Assembly: GCA_907165135.1 (NCBI GenBank)
Contig: OU015567.1
Coordinates: 15,066,001-15,130,000 of the forward strand
Direction: 5' to 3'
Source: Oikopleura dioica
Taxonomy: Eukaryota; Animalia; Chordata
Length of the DNA stretch: 64,000 bases
In this document: positions 48,639 to 63,200 of the stretch, one piece after another
Layout of the letters: each line of letters opens with the position of its first letter
How positions within the stretch are numbered: the first letter of the stretch is position 1
Position numbers and translations under genes: made by a program
Notes under the pieces: generated by a model
What the model was told of the DNA's origin: nothing
Database searches by the model: none
What the model saw: the letters and a program-made list of their open reading frames with translations, nothing else

Positions 48639-50722
48639 ATGGTTCGCTGTGGACAGTTGACTTCGAAGGAATGTCTCCGTTTTATCTTTACGAAAATGGA
48701 TCGAGTTCCGCGCGTTTACAACGATGCAGTACTCGCCAAGCTCGATGTACTTGCTGATGAGCTAGAGCGCTTTTCCACTGCTGGGGCGATAGCATTTTGG
48801 TCAAATATTGTCCATAGTAAACCCTGTCAAAAGGTACTCATAAACAACGATTTTCTCCTAGCTAGATCAATAAGTGTTTAGTCTCGTGCGCTGAGAACCT
48901 ACCGAGGCTATATGAGATGAAATTCATCGTGGACGAATATAGGGAGTCTATCAAGAAGCTCTCAATCGTGTTGCGAAACATCTTCATGCGGGTCGTTTCT
49001 CAGAAGGAAATCGAAGATACAGCTAGCCTAGATTTGAGGTAGTATTTTCTGAAGTTAAAACAGTAAGGAGACAATTTTTCAGCTCGTTCCTGGATCTTTA
49101 CGTGATATCAGATCTTGCCAGCAACTTTGGCCACATTCCATCGTTCAAAAAGGGGCTCACAATTCTCGTCAGTCGGACGAAAAATCTTCCTGCTAAAATA
49201 TACGACTACGAAGTTATGGCCAGTTCCGCTCTGAATGATGTGATCGAGAGATTTGAAGTTGTGGACAAGCTCAATACCAAAGGATTAGTAGACCTGTACT
49301 CATCTGGACTCGATATTATCTGCAGCTTGCATTCGTTATCAATAGCTGATCCAAGGATAGCAGAACTCTTGGCGGAGCCATTCGACGACCCAGAATCCAA
49401 AAAGAGCGATTTCTCTTGGTGAAAATCGCCGAACTCTTCGAGCTTATAACCAAACATGTATCGAACAAACTCGAAGAAGTGTTTAACTATCAAGTGTACA
49501 GCATACTTTTCTCCCTGAAATTCACCCAGACCGTCTTTACTAGCCGCTTTCTCAAAGAAAAAATATACGAAGAAGACGCTGAAGTTTTCCTGCTTCTTTG
49601 CCACGCTTTGCTAAGCCACAAAGTCTTCCTCTGTGATTTGAAAGAATATTTGAGCTTGTTGGACATCATGCTAAAGATGAAGTCGGCATTTCCTAAAACT
49701 GTGAAAGATGATCAAGTCAAGTGGTTCATGGAAGATGCCAAAGAAGCTTCAAAAGCGCCAAAAGTGAAAATGAGTGCAGAAGCAAGTCAGATTCGAGAGA
49801 TCTACCCTGATCTCGGATCTGAGTTTATCTCGAAGCTGCTCGCCTACTACAAAAATAACGTACAAGAAGTGATGATTGCTCTTCTCGAAGAAAACCTCCC
49901 ACCGCAATTGGCAAGTCTTGACCGAACAGCCGAAACGAAGGTCGAACCTGAGAAGCCAAAACTAGTCATCCCCGGACTTTACCACAAAAAGGCAAAGACG
50001 AAGCGAGTGGATCACGCGAAGGAGGAAGAGGAGCGACAATACATTCGAAAGATTGCAATGAACTATCAGTACACTGAAGATGTGGAAATTGTTGAAGTTG
50101 CAGAAGACGAGACTGGCGCTAAATATCAAACGTCGAGTAAGTCCTTTTCGTTCTTTAGCTATTCAGCAAGTTTACTCTCTTTCAAGAGGAATACGGCGAC
50201 GAGTATGACGACACATACGATGACGCGATTGAACTTGGGGAGAAAGTCGAGTATGACGTCGTCAAGCCGGCGGATCTCGCAATCGACTCTGATCTTCAAA
50301 AGAACTCCAACCACCAGAATCTCATCAAACGAAAAGCGAAAGGGCGAGTACAAGACGAGGCTGAAAGCAACTCATCTGACTCCCGGTATGAGTTTTCACG
50401 GTTTGCGATTCTAGATGAAAAGTTTAGACCACAATCGAGATCGGATCGGGTCTCAGCTCCTGTCAGCGCAAGCGCTTACTACAAACAAGTTTGGCAAGAA
50501 AAGCACAAGAACGAGAAAGAGCCTGGTGGCCCTCCCCCACCAAAGGGAAAGCTAACGGAGGATGCTACTGATTTGCAGAAGCGGCAAAAGGACGTCAACA
50601 AAGGTAACTTTAGTTGGCTTCGACAGGCTGTTTGAACTTTCAACTCAGCGCGTGTCGGAAATCACAACCGAAAAAAGATGGCAATGAAGAAGCAAAGTAG
50701 AGGGATGACTTCAAACGAATAG
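48639..50722 (+). CDS. ASCC2: Activating signal cointegrator 1 complex subunit 2 (CUE domain)
   Basis: CUE domain QIREIYPDLGSEFISKLLAYYKNNVQEVMIALLEENLPPQL; EYDDTYD; C-terminal KDVNKARVGNHNRKKMAMKKQSRGM. Confidence 0.9.
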
Positions 50723-50865
50723 CATAGAAACTAATTCCTAACTACAAATAGGACCCTCCATTAATTTCAATACTGAAACATTCAATTTGAAAGTTACTTG
50801 CTTTACTTCAAAGCAATACTGATAACATATTGGACGTGCGTACCCATAACTGTTGGCTTTTCAGA

Positions 50866-53800
50866 ATGGCGAGACGGTCCTTGCGGGCGCGTAAGCCCGC
50901 GCAGGACGAGCCTTCTGATAGACGCTCAGCTCAAAAACGAAGAAATGCCGAAGCAGAAACTGCCGGCACGCCCAGGCAGAAGGTAATAAAACTGGTCCAT
51001 TACAAGCCTAAAATTTTATCATAGAAAAAGAAATCGGAGAAAGATTCATCATCTGAGAGAAGAGGAAAGCCTGGAAGACCATCTCGGGGAAAGAAAGAGA
51101 CGCCGCCTGCAACTCCAACTTCAACAAAAGGACGAGGATCAGGGAGAAAAGGGCGAGGACCAGCGAAGAAACGTACGGACAGATTCCAGATGGTGCTGGA
51201 AGACGACTACGATAAAGATTATATTGACTACGAGTCGCCCGAAGAAGAGATCCAAGAGGCCGAGGAGGAAGATGTCCTGGACATGGATACGAATCAAGAG
51301 GACGATGAGACGCCAGAAGAAGAGACAAATATCGATATAACGTCGGATTCAGATTCCGAGACTGAAGCGGGGCACAGCTCAAGATGTCCCTCTGAAATCG
51401 ACGAAATGTCAATGGAACCTCTCGATATCTGGCGGGATAATTCTCGTCACTTTCCAGAGCTTGAGCTTCCCGAGTCGTCGCTTGATCTTCTTATCCCTCC
51501 GAGTCAGCTCTTATTAGATGCTTTGGAGGCTTACGAAACACTACGGCACTTTAGCCAGGCGCTGAAGCTCACTGTGTCGAAATTTGAGTGCTTCTTAACG
51601 GCACTCGTGCATAAAGAACATAACGCAATGATTTCACACACATTTCTTGCCCTTCTGAAAACGCTGTATAAATCGGATGATCGCAGTGGAATCGCATATG
51701 GTCCAGCTGACTCACGTGACGGGGCGTATTCTCTGTATGCATTTACCGATCTCCTCACGTGGCCATATTCACTCAAAGTCTACGCAGCATCTGATCCGGT
51801 ACATTTTGGCGACTTGGACTTGGATAAGATCAATAATCTGCCTTTTGAATCGACTGCTGTCAAAGTACAAGTGCTCAAAGCGTTGTTATCAGCAGTTCTT
51901 GACAGTGATATCATTCGAAACTTCATTGAAAAGGGCAGAACTGATCATACTGGAGAGGAGACATGTCGGAGCTGTCAAACTAAGGGACAACTCGTTCTTT
52001 GTGATAGGTGCCCGGCGGGATACCACCCTCACTGCGCAAATATAAAGGATACTGATAAAATTGATCAGATTTCGTTCGAATGCACCGTTTGCCTTCAAAA
52101 CAAAATCAATCTTGTTCATGACTGCATTCCTGAAGCAGAAGAAGAAGACCCCAAGTATTTGAGACACGTGATCCTGGGTTATGACAGACATGGGAGAAAG
52201 TACTGGTATCTTGTGAGAAGACTGTGGGTGGAAGATTCAAAAGAGAACAAGTGCTGGTATTATTCGACACCCCATCAATTTGACGAATTGATCAACGCGC
52301 TGGACGCGGCTGATTACGAATCGTCGCTCGTAAAGAAACTGGAAGAGATGAAACAAGAAATAACGGGCAATATGGAGAAGACTATCACAGCTACGAAAAA
52401 TGTGAGTCTAACGACTGCCATTCGTCAAGTGAAACCTCAAGCTTACTTCGATTTCATCAGCCCTTCATCCGATGGAGTTTTAGCCCAACCAACCTGCAAA
52501 TTCGCTCCAGGAACACCAACAAACGAAGAGTTCCCAGAACATGCAAAGATCGAAACGACCTTCAGACTCGGTCTTGAAAGACTGGTGTACCAAAATTTTT
52601 ACTACGAAAATCGTCAAGCAATGAACAAGCGGGAGCTCAAAGAGATCAAAGATTTCGAAGGGAAGCTCTACGCGATGGAGTATGCTGGCAATTGGGATCG
52701 GCAAAAATTCGTGCGCCCTGAAAATATCAACAGAATTCTTTGGAGCAGCAACAAAGTTGCTGGTATCGGTGTAATGGAGAGACTCATCAGAGAAATTGTG
52801 GATACGATGCGGAAGCTTTCGGAAGGATTCTCAAAGTGGTATTTTCATCCAGACTGGATGCAAAAGCGTATGGACTGGAGACAGAAACTTAACCAATGTA
52901 GAGACATAAAAGAGATCGCCAGACTATTAGAGGTGTTTGAAGCACATTTACGTCCTTGTATGAAGCGTACAATCTGGTTTGACTGCGTCGGACAAACTTC
53001 GCTTACTCGAATCTCCACTAAAGAAGACCAAAAAGGCTCTGAAGCGAGAAAACAACGGGACAAGAAGTTAAAGCTCGAGGAAATCAAGGCAGAGGAAGAG
53101 CGAACTGCATACCGTGAGACTTTGTACAATCCCTACGTTCACTACAACAGGAATAAAGAGTCGATCTTGACGAATCGGATGACGAAGCTGTCTATGGTAA
53201 AAGGTGAAGAGTACAGATATGACAGAGGATTCTGTGGATGGTACTGGAGATCGAAAACTTACCGTTCGACTCATAAAAAGCCCAAAAGCGAGTCAGTGAG
53301 TTCAGACTCAATATCAGAAAAGAAAGACCTCAAAGTCGACAAGCTCTTGGAACTGAGGGAGCATATGGAAGAGGTTGCAGAGGCAGAGAAAAAGGCAAAA
53401 GAGGAAGCGGAGAAAAAAGCGAAAGAAGAAGCTGACATCAAGGAAGAAGAGAAAAAACAGACGGAAAAAGACATGGATGATATTCTGAGTTCTGTGCTCG
53501 AGACTGCCGCAGCTGAAAGCGAAAAATTGTCAGAAAAGGCGACCCCAAGAAAGGTTGAAAACGGGGAAGAAATCAAACAAGAGCCCGAAGACAAACCTGA
53601 TATCAAACCATCAGAGCCAGAGGAAGCAACAGCTCAACCAGTGAAACTGAAAAAGCGGGTCATCACTCAAATTCCCGAGCTGACCTCAATCAGCGTGAAA
53701 AAGTTTACCTCTCGCGGAGTCTTCAGTTTATTCCGATACTCGTACGGTGTTAAACACATGGCGAGAACTGGTGGCTGTGTTCCCTGCGCAAAAGGCTTCA

Positions 53801-56800
53801 ACTACAACGCTAAGGTAGTTTATTAATTTTTATAAAGGATTATCCTTTTTCTTCAGTCGCACCGTTCAAATGAAGTGTGGCCGTATCCAGCTCCCAAGCC
53901 GGCTTATCATATCATTTGGAAGTACCGCCTTGCCGAGTGTGACGACATCTACACCTTAGCTCATCTGTTATCTATATTTATTCGAATGCTAAAGTGGGAC
54001 CTTGTCGTCGAACGACCGCCTTTTGTTGACGGCGATAAATTGACTTGGACGGATACCTCGGAGGATGAAAATATCACTTACGAAATCAAGGTAAAGTCGC
54101 TCAAACTTGCTCCTTTAACATTTCCTATCAAAGAACAAACGTTACTTGGCTGGATCCGCTCGACTCCGAATGGAGTACGAAGTCAAGCAAACTATCCTCC
54201 CCGCTGATTCCGAGGAAATCATTCCCACCCGAGATCAAAGAGCCGTGGAAGCAATGGCAAGATCTGGACGACGTCTTAGGCAATTGAAAAATACAGATGA
54301 TTATTCAAGGTACATAAATTCAGCGATTAAATTTATAAGAAAAAAATTCTTTTCGCGTCATGATCTCTTCATCCACGATAATTGTTTGATTCTTTTCAAG
54401 CTTGACGGTATTTGTTCAGAAACGAACCCTCGGAGACAGTTGCTTGGATCAACGAAGAACGCATGAAAATTTGGCAAATCGAGCTCTACCATCGAGTCAC
54501 GGAAGAAAACGGAGGAAACGCATCGAGAAGTGCCACATATGAGCGTGGTGGATCTCTTCGCGATCGTTCTTCCATTCGACCGCGTGAGGTGCTCGATCCT
54601 TCACCGGATTACACTCCAGAAAAGAACATTCCGACTCGAGCTCGTCCTCACTCTGACAATTCTTACAAAGAGCAAACTATGTCGGTAAGTACCAGAGTAT
54701 TATCAAAAGATTTTTTATGCTGACCCATCGTAAACAATAAAAATTACTCGCATAATTGTAGAACAGCATCCTGGACTCTCGAAACAAATTCTTGCCTTCC
54801 CGCCCAGCCCGAATCATCCGCCCTCCAGACCAAATCTCAAAACAGGACAGTTGCCTATAATTTCAAATTTGAAACTCATTCGCGCCCAAAACAAGAACAT
54901 TTCTGACTGCCTGTTACGTAATAACTTTTCGAAGATCAGGAGACTTGTCCACGCTATTTTCAACGTCAAAAGCTACTGAGAGCTTTGATAGTTAAACTTT
55001 TTCAAACCTGATAGAGACAGTCGAGCTTCAACGATGGATATTCTTGATGAGCTCTTTCAGGTGAAATTTGCGTCCCTTGTGCGCCATCAAGGGATACTTT
55101 ATGCGCATTTAATGGCCGAGCATCATATTTATGTTTAAAATACGAACTAATGTGTGCGTTGTATTGATTTTTTAAAGCGATTTTCTTCAGCTCGAGTCAG
55201 ATTTCTTTGAAATGGAGGACCACTGGTATCCAAAAATCGTAAGGGTACCAAAAAGAAATGTATCTGTAAAAATTCATATATGATTTTACTTATATATTTA
55301 TAATTGAACACTATTTTGCATAAATGCTTGATGTTAAATATATCTTGGAATAACTTATTGACAACTAAACTAGACATACACACCCTACAGAGGCCCGCCC
55401 AGGCCACAACAGGTAATTCACAAAGCTAGTTATATAATCGTAACGAAACATAGTCACCGTCGGCCACCAATGTGCGAATAACGAAGCAGGTGTTGGAGAG
55501 CATCCTCCACAATCCAACCTATTTCACTCAAATTAACTACGACAAGCCCCCAGAACACTGCCAGTACTTGAAAGTAAGCCGACCGCCAATTATCATATTT
55601 TATCATTTCAATCTCTCCAGATTTCCGAACCGACCGATCTGACCCTCTTTCCCGGAGGAAAGAACTACCAGACGAAGATTAGCAATGAGCTCAAGCAGAT
55701 CTACTCTTACACGCCTGGCTCTTATGAGAAATACCAGGACATGATCAAGGCGAAGAAAGTGTTGAAAATGGCACCTCCACCTCCACAGAACAACCAGCCT
55801 TCGCCGAAGCCTAGAACACCGCCACCACCGCCGAATCAATCTGTTCCAGCGCCTCAACAGGTTCGACCGCCACAGCCATCCCCGCAGCCTAAGCCCCATG
55901 TTCAGGTACATGTCTCTCAAAAATTTCCTTTAACCTAACAAAAAATAGATCAATGGTCAATTGCACCAAGTCTTCCATCTGTACGACAAGAACACCGGCC
56001 GAACAATCCAAGCTATCAAAGGAGCAAATGGTTCATTCACAGCAATTGGTCAGAGCAGTGGACAAATTTTCCACGTTGCCAACGGTCAATCTTCCGGATC
56101 CACGATCATGGCCGGAAACGCCGGTCAACAACAGCAGCAGCAAGGTGGCCAGCCAAAGCCCCAACAAGTCTTTCAACCACAGCAGCAGAACTCCAACAAT
56201 CAACAGTTCCAAAAAAACTCGATGAACCCGCCAATGTCACAGCCAATTATGATTCAGCAGCCTCAAGGTCGATTGCAAATTTTGCTAAATTGACGGCAGC
56301 CCTCGCTTTTTCAATAAATTAAATTTGCAATTCGCTAAAGCACAACAGATTCACATACAACAGCCGCACCAACAAGTTCAACTTCAACAGGGTCCACCTC
56401 AGCAAGCGGGATCAACGATGGTGATCAACACTAGCAGCAGCAATGGGGGTAGCAGTGACAACGGGAACAACGCCTACATTACTTCCGAAGTGAATCTGGG
56501 CAACGAGGCTAGAAACTCGCTTGAAATGCAAAAGAATGTGATAAAAACGCAAATACACCAGACCCGTCGTCAGATGGTTCAGAGGTACGTCCGTTTAATT
56601 TGTGACGTTGGAATAATATACAAGTGGCTCATCTGTATTAAAAAGCTTCAATTTCCCTTGAATAATCCTCGTCAATCACCACTGTCTAATCTGCCTCACG
56701 TCGCCAAAGAAAATTGCTGAAATAAACTCGCATTTCAGTTTCATGCCCCGTCCCGCCTATCAGTCACAACCCATCGCTGCTAACTCGCCCCAACCTGTCC

Positions 56801-58178
56801 AGGCAGAATGATATAAATTTTCTCCATTGGCGAAAAATACCGCAAATTTATGTAAATAGAAACAAATCGTGTATATATGTAATACTACGTCGTCAATTTA
56901 CGCAAATAGAAAAAAAACCTACAATTACTGTAACTATCAACATCTTCGAAGAAAACCACTTGTGCCTTTTTGAAAATTCAGCGAAATCACCCTCGAAGGA
57001 ACATGATGTCCACAAGACTTTTAAAACGCACAAATATTATAAATTATAGTTTATTTTGAAAAAGAGATAAATTTATATCATGTGAAAAGGTGGTAATGAA
57101 TACCAACTATCAGCCAGTAAAAACTCGCCCGCCCACTCTCCAGCGAAAAATTGCTCCCACACCGCCGCCGTCCCTCACCGGTCAGAAGTTCTGCGTCTGC
57201 AAGGCCACTTTCGACCAAGAAACGCAATACGGCGACATCCAGTGCGAACTCTGCCAACAGGTAGCCATTCCTTCTCCATTTCCTCCTCGAATCATTCCGC
57301 TAGCCATTCCATGCCACCTGCGTCGGCGCGGTTCTTACAGAACTGTTCACCTGTAGTCCCTGCCACCAGAAACACAACTCCGCGCGCTCAACTTGCATCT
57401 GCCACAGCTACGATGGAAAGAACGGCCTCGTCACGACCAGTGGCCCTCGAGAGCTCAACTGGTGCTCTTGTGATGTCTGCCAAACATGGTTCCATGAAAA
57501 CTGCGTTTCAAAAGAGGTATCTTTTTTCCTTCAAAAATTGTTTTTAACGAATTTTCAGGATACCTTCATGAGAATGCAGAACAACGAAATCAGTTACATG
57601 TGTTCGAAATGCTCCAACGCGGATCTCGAAATTGTCAACGGCCAAATGACGATTTCGAAGCTCCAACTCACCGAGCAGATTTACTCCAAGTTCAAAAACT
57701 CTCGTCACTCCTGGCCTCTCAAACGCAAAGATCTCGTCGGTCGAACTGAAAATAGTGAGTGATCTCAATCTTTCTATTCCTCAACCGCCATTCTTAGATT
57801 TGGGTTCGATCGAGTCCAAGCTGAAGCAAAAACTGTACAAAACATTTAAACAATTCATGGACGACGTTTATTTCACGATAAACGTCTTCCGGGAGTACTA
57901 TGCCGAAAATAGTAATCCAGAGGCCACTTATTCAAGCAACAAGAAAGAGGTAAACCCAGCGTTTTTTATTCAAGGATGATTAACTGTATCGGTAGATTAA
58001 ATGCTGCGAAATCATGGAGTACGACTTCTCTAATTTGATTCGAGAGTTCATCGCAAAAGAACGCAACAAAGCCGCCTTCGTCATCTTGCCCGACCGCCAC
58101 GCCAAAATCGAGGAGAACGAGCGCGCCATCAACGCTGGAGTGAGCAGTGCCACCGCCGCCTCTAGCATATTTCCTTAA
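50866..58178 (+). CDS. BPTF: NURF subunit BPTF/NURF301 (DDT, PHD, WHIM/WSD, Q/P-rich region, 2 PHD, bromodomain)
   Basis: DDT LLDALEAYETLRHFSQAL; PHD CRSCQTKGQLVLCDRCPAGYHPHC; LGYDRHGRKYWYLVRRLWVE; C-terminal PHDs at ~57186-57620; bromodomain HSWP...LDLGSIESKL...QFMDDV. Confidence 0.92.
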
Positions 58179-58358
58179 TACTTCTTAAATAAACCAAGTT
58201 CCACTTATCTCACATCATCTTGCGCGTGTCGATTTTTTATCAACGGATAAATTTGCGTTTTACTGCCATCTTGCCCGTTTGCAGATGCAATCTGAATATG
58301 CGACGACGGCAAAAATCATCGTTTACGTTCATTCGCGAATTTTTAAATTCAGAGATTG

Positions 58359-60047
58359 ATGTCGGCCCTTGAGGTAATTTTGCGACTGAGACCGAGTAAG
58401 AGTGAGGCTGTGGGACTTTATAAAAAAGACTCGAGAACTGTGGTACTGAAAAATAAAAGCGGCAATCAGGAAGAGTACAAGTTCGAGCGAGTGTACGACG
58501 GCTGCGATAACCAGGTTTATATTCAACTAATCGTAATTAAATAAACATTGATTGTCCTTCTTAGGAACTCATCTACGCCGAAAATGTCGCTCACTTGATT
58601 AACAGGGTGCTTGACGGCGTAAATGTGTCGGTCCTCGCTTACGGACCGACTGGAACTGGGAAAACGTACACGATTGAGGGCGAGAATTCTACCGGGAATG
58701 CTGGGATCATCCCAAGGTACAAAAATACTTTTCTTTATTTCTTATTCTACCTTTTTTTCAGAGCAGCGCTGGAGCTCTGCAAGAAAATCCGCCAAAGAGC
58801 GAGTGATGAGACGCAGCTCTTGAGCATTTCGTGCATGGAAGTGTACAATGAGAAGATCATCGACTTGTTAAATGAAGATGCGAAGCCTGATTTAAGACTT
58901 TTCGAGGATCCTGACAAGCTCATGGAAGTCGAAGGCTTGACCAAATTGCCACTTAAAAGTTTCCAGGACTTTAAAGATGTCTTCACGCTTGCGAAGAAAA
59001 GACGCACCGTCGGGGCGGTAAGTTTTAGGTTTATTTTGAATATTGAGCTCATTTACTAAATAGACGGCATTGAACGAGAAGTCCAGTCGTTCGCATGCAG
59101 TTTGGAGGTTCCGAGTCAACCGAAAAATCGGAACAGGCCCAGATGCGATCGATAGAGAAGCAAAGATCGACTTTGTCGATTTAGCCGGCTCAGAGGACAA
59201 CAGAAGAACTCAATCGACGAATACGTCAGTAGCGTTCAAAGAATCTACGAAGATCAACTTGTCACTGACTGTTCTCAAGCGAGTAATCAAAGCTGTGGCC
59301 GCAAAGAGTAAAAACGTTCCAATCAGAGATTCAAAACTAACGAGATTGCTCAAAGATGCCTTTGGAGGAAACGCTCATGTAAGTCCTACCGTCCTCTCTT
59401 CCATAACTTTGACTTTTCAGAGCGTGCTGATTCTTAATGTCGGACCGGAAGAGGAAAACCTGCGAGACTCTGCTGCTTCTCTTGATTTCTCAACAGTAGC
59501 GAAGCAGATCGTCAGCACGCCCTTCGAAGGACTCTCAGCAATGGTCACGCCGAAGAAATCTTCTAGAATGCCGCTTGAAGAAAACAAAACGCCGACATCG
59601 CCATTTGCCGGACGAACGCGACAAATGAATGACTCTATCGAGCGTATCCGCAAACAAGTTCTGGTCATGAAAGAGGAAAACAGGCAAAAAGCTGCAGAGC
59701 AACGAAATCTTCTAAAAGAGATGAAAGCTGCTGAGAAAGAGAACGATGCCAAACTGGCTCGAGCTGCTCAAGAGGTAAATTTTAAAATCCGCCTTCTTAA
59801 TTGTTTACTTCTTCAGCAATCGCCTGCTGAGCCTGCTCCTAAGGTCGTAAAGCAAACTCCCAAGTTCCAAGAACTCATTGACTATCTGAACGCAGGCGAC
59901 AACCTGGTGCTCCTCGAAGGCGTCGGGCCCAAGATAGCACAGAAGATTCGCGAGTGCCGACCCATCAAAGACTACAAACACTTTGAAGAAATCTTCGGAA
60001 AGACTCGAGCAAAGAAGGCAGCAATCTGCTTCAAGCCGCAAATTTGA
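58359..60047 (+). CDS. KIF22: Kinesin-10 chromokinesin Kid with C-terminal HhH DNA-binding motif
   Basis: YGPTGTGKT; MEVYNE; NEKSSRSH; DLAGSEDNRRT; PIRDSKLTRLL; HhH LVLLEGVGPKIAQKI. Confidence 0.9.
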
Positions 60048-60260
60048 TAGAATTCCGAACTGCCATGTACTCACTCACTCACTTTTCACATTCCGCCGTC
60101 TCACAGTAACACATCTCACTCGTAAATAAACAGTGTCTTCGAATAGAGCCTCACAATCGAAAAGAAATGCCAACATGTTTTCTTTTTTACTTGTCTTTTA
60201 GAATTTATTATCGATATATACAAGCAGGCTTGTCGATGTTGCATTAATTTACAGGCAGTG

Positions 60261-63200
60261 TTAGTTTATATGCGTGATTATACACTTTGTTTTGGGCGGT
60301 GTTTTGGAGTCGTCCGTGTCTGATCTGACGTCGTCGTTCGATCCCATCAGCGCTAGAATCTCTTTAGCGCAATATGCTACTTGTTGAAACAAACCGTGTT
60401 TTTGGCGGTACTCTTCTATGATCGCACGAGCAGTGGCAATCTCTTTTTCCTTCTTCCGCTTTCGCAGAGTTTTTCCCCAAGATTTTTCCTTGGACCAATT
60501 AAAAATTAATTTTGGCGAGTCTGTTACCTTGATGACTTCATAAACGTAATCGAAAAGCTCAAGAATGGTCAAGATCGACGCACCAATGAAGAGGCCCATT
60601 TGACCGCCGATATCACCGAGTAAGCCAGGAACTTCGTAAGCTTTCTTTTGTTCTACAGTTTCGTAGTTGAGAGCTTCAAAGTAGACGTTCAACTTAGCAA
60701 AGTTTCGTTTAACATAAGGAGGAGTTTTGTTGTATTTCCAGCTCATGTAGTCAATCGCTTGTTCCGATGGCAGTAGAAGTGACGATTGCTCTTTCGAGTA
60801 TCTATAAAGATATTCACATCTAATCTGAAACTAGGGCTTACCTGACAACATCACAAGGAGTGTCACAAACACAAGCAACATTATCTTCTGCCACCAAGAA
60901 ATTGAGCTGGCTATCTTATCATCGGGTCAAAAACACTCCTCATAAATTATGAGTCATAATCCAATTTCAACAAAATTTCATGAACCCGTTCCCGCGCATT
61001 GGTACTGTTTTGGCAAGCAGTATGGAATGTCTTTTCCCTCTTCAAGGTTGGGCATGTGAATCATCCGACACTTGCACTCCTTCACAATCGTTCTCGTTTC
61101 GCAGGTAATTCGACAGGCAGATATCGAGTACTTAAATGACTTAAATGATAAGATTACGCTGAGTATCAAACTGAACTCATTTCCGGGCGCTAATTATCCA
61201 TCCTCCAACAAATTGTGCCTTTCCTTTCACCTTTAAGCTTTTTGATCAGCAATCGCCCGTCACAATTAAAAACTTTAACCCGGTCACGCCCGCTTGGCCA
61301 CTTCCGTCCTCGATCTGACAAACTGATCTGATCCTGATCCGCCTGGGAAATGGAGACGTTTTGGGGTAAACTATTTCGCATGGGCCATTGAATTTTCGAA
61401 AATTGTATACAACAGATTGGGCACTTCAGCGTATAGGCTGAGAAATCTCAGCATAGATACAGCAGCATACTTGGTGCATGAAATCCTGGTAAATACTCGG
61501 CGCTTTCCCCAGGTCAGTGATCAAATAAGACAAATTAGCCCTCCTCGATCCCTATTACGAGGAAAATTTCAAGTACTTTTTTTAATCGAGCTCAGGATTT
61601 CACGCTCTCGCTAATCATCCCTTGCAAGACCGACCGGCTCTCCCCGATCAAAGAGCTATTTCCGCGGTACAAGTATGTCAAGGTGTCTGCCTCCAAAAGA
61701 GCCCTTTTCCAAGGAAGATTTTATGGGATTTTCATTTATAAATCAGGTCACTTTCTGAAGAAATTAGGGACAGGCGGAAGTGGCTTTGAGAATTGACTGA
61801 TTTCCCGCGCTTCCGGCTTGAGGGATGAAAGCGCTCTTGATCGATAGTTCTCCTTGTGAGCCGTAATGAAAATAATTTTCGCACTTTTTGAAACAATTCT
61901 TTTGGCATTGGATCAATCAGCACACATTAAAAGTCATTTCCTAAGTAATAAGACAGCTATACACACAAATTTCACCCCTGAAGGATTGACATCCAAGTGA
62001 CGTGGATTTTTGAAGTGTGGGTTTGTTTAGTTGCGCGATATAGAAAGAAATACAACTTGAAAAATATTCTCATGGAGAGCTGAAAAATTCACATGTCCGT
62101 GCTGTCCAGCCCGTGGCATCGGCGCAAATTTGGCCACCTGCGCCGCTTACTATAACTCGGCTCTTCTTCGGAAAATGGATAATAACTTTGAATCTTTCAG
62201 ATCACCTGGAGTATAAGCCATAATTTGATAACCCTTCTTATCATGCTTCCCCCTACCTTGTCGTAGTTTGCATGCTGGGTTTTATTCGAGCCGTCGTTGC
62301 AAAGACCCCATGGCGGCGGCAAGAAGTACACGCGCTGCTCCCTGGTCTAAATAGACAAACGAGATCATGGAAAACTGATATACTCACTTTACCGATACCA
62401 GAGTCTGCCGCCCGGGACTAATGCCAAAGCCAAGCTCATGGATGAACGGCGGCTCATCCTGAGAGTGGATCTGGACTTTGAGTCCCGCTTCGTAAGTGAT
62501 CTCGTCTAAATTAGTCCGTCAGAATTTTCAACGATGGAAAATTCGACCCGATTTTCAAATTTTGAAAATTTGAAAGAGTTATTGAACTGTGCTTGTTTTG
62601 AATTTATACAGGAAGTCCAGTATAAATCCAAGTTAATATTAGACTGCCCGTTTTTGTGCGAAAATTGGTGCGTGTTTTTTCAAATTCTCAAAATTTGAAA
62701 TAATCACGTGAATTCCATTTAATCCATGTGATATTCTCGGGTGCTCTCACGCTCAAAGATCAACAGCTCTGTGCTTGTGGATTAATCGAGCTGTGATTTT
62801 AAGCGGAGATTTAAGCTCGACAAACCTGACTCCTTCCACATCGGCATGTATTCGTCCTGCTGGACATCGAGCAAGAGTTCAAGGCCATTGTCGACGCCAC
62901 CCTAAAACACTTTATTTCCGCTTTTATTACGGTATTTGCTCGTTACCTTGAGCGTCTTCCTTATTTCGCTTTCATTGTCCGGGTGGTTGAAGGAATAGCA
63001 CTTCCCGTAGCGGGTAAAAACCGTCTTGAAATCTTTGAAGCCGCATTTTTCGCCTCGGTAAAAGCAGTCCAGTAGTAGCTCTTCTAGTTGAATTCCCGTT
63101 CGGTTGTAAAACTAGAATCTTCATGAAAATCGATGAGAAAAGGAAGATTCACCTCGAATAAGCTAAAATCAGCAGTTGGTTTAAAAGCGCCAGAAAAGTC

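Noticed and set aside
51008-53606. Antisense ORFs over BPTF (and similarly over KIF22, MROH1 and ADAD)
   Set aside because: Complementary-strand shadows of long coding exons.
61190-62270. ORFs in the ~1.1-kb ASIC intron as an alternative exon or nested gene
   Set aside because: No DEG/ENaC similarity or coherent gene structure was found.
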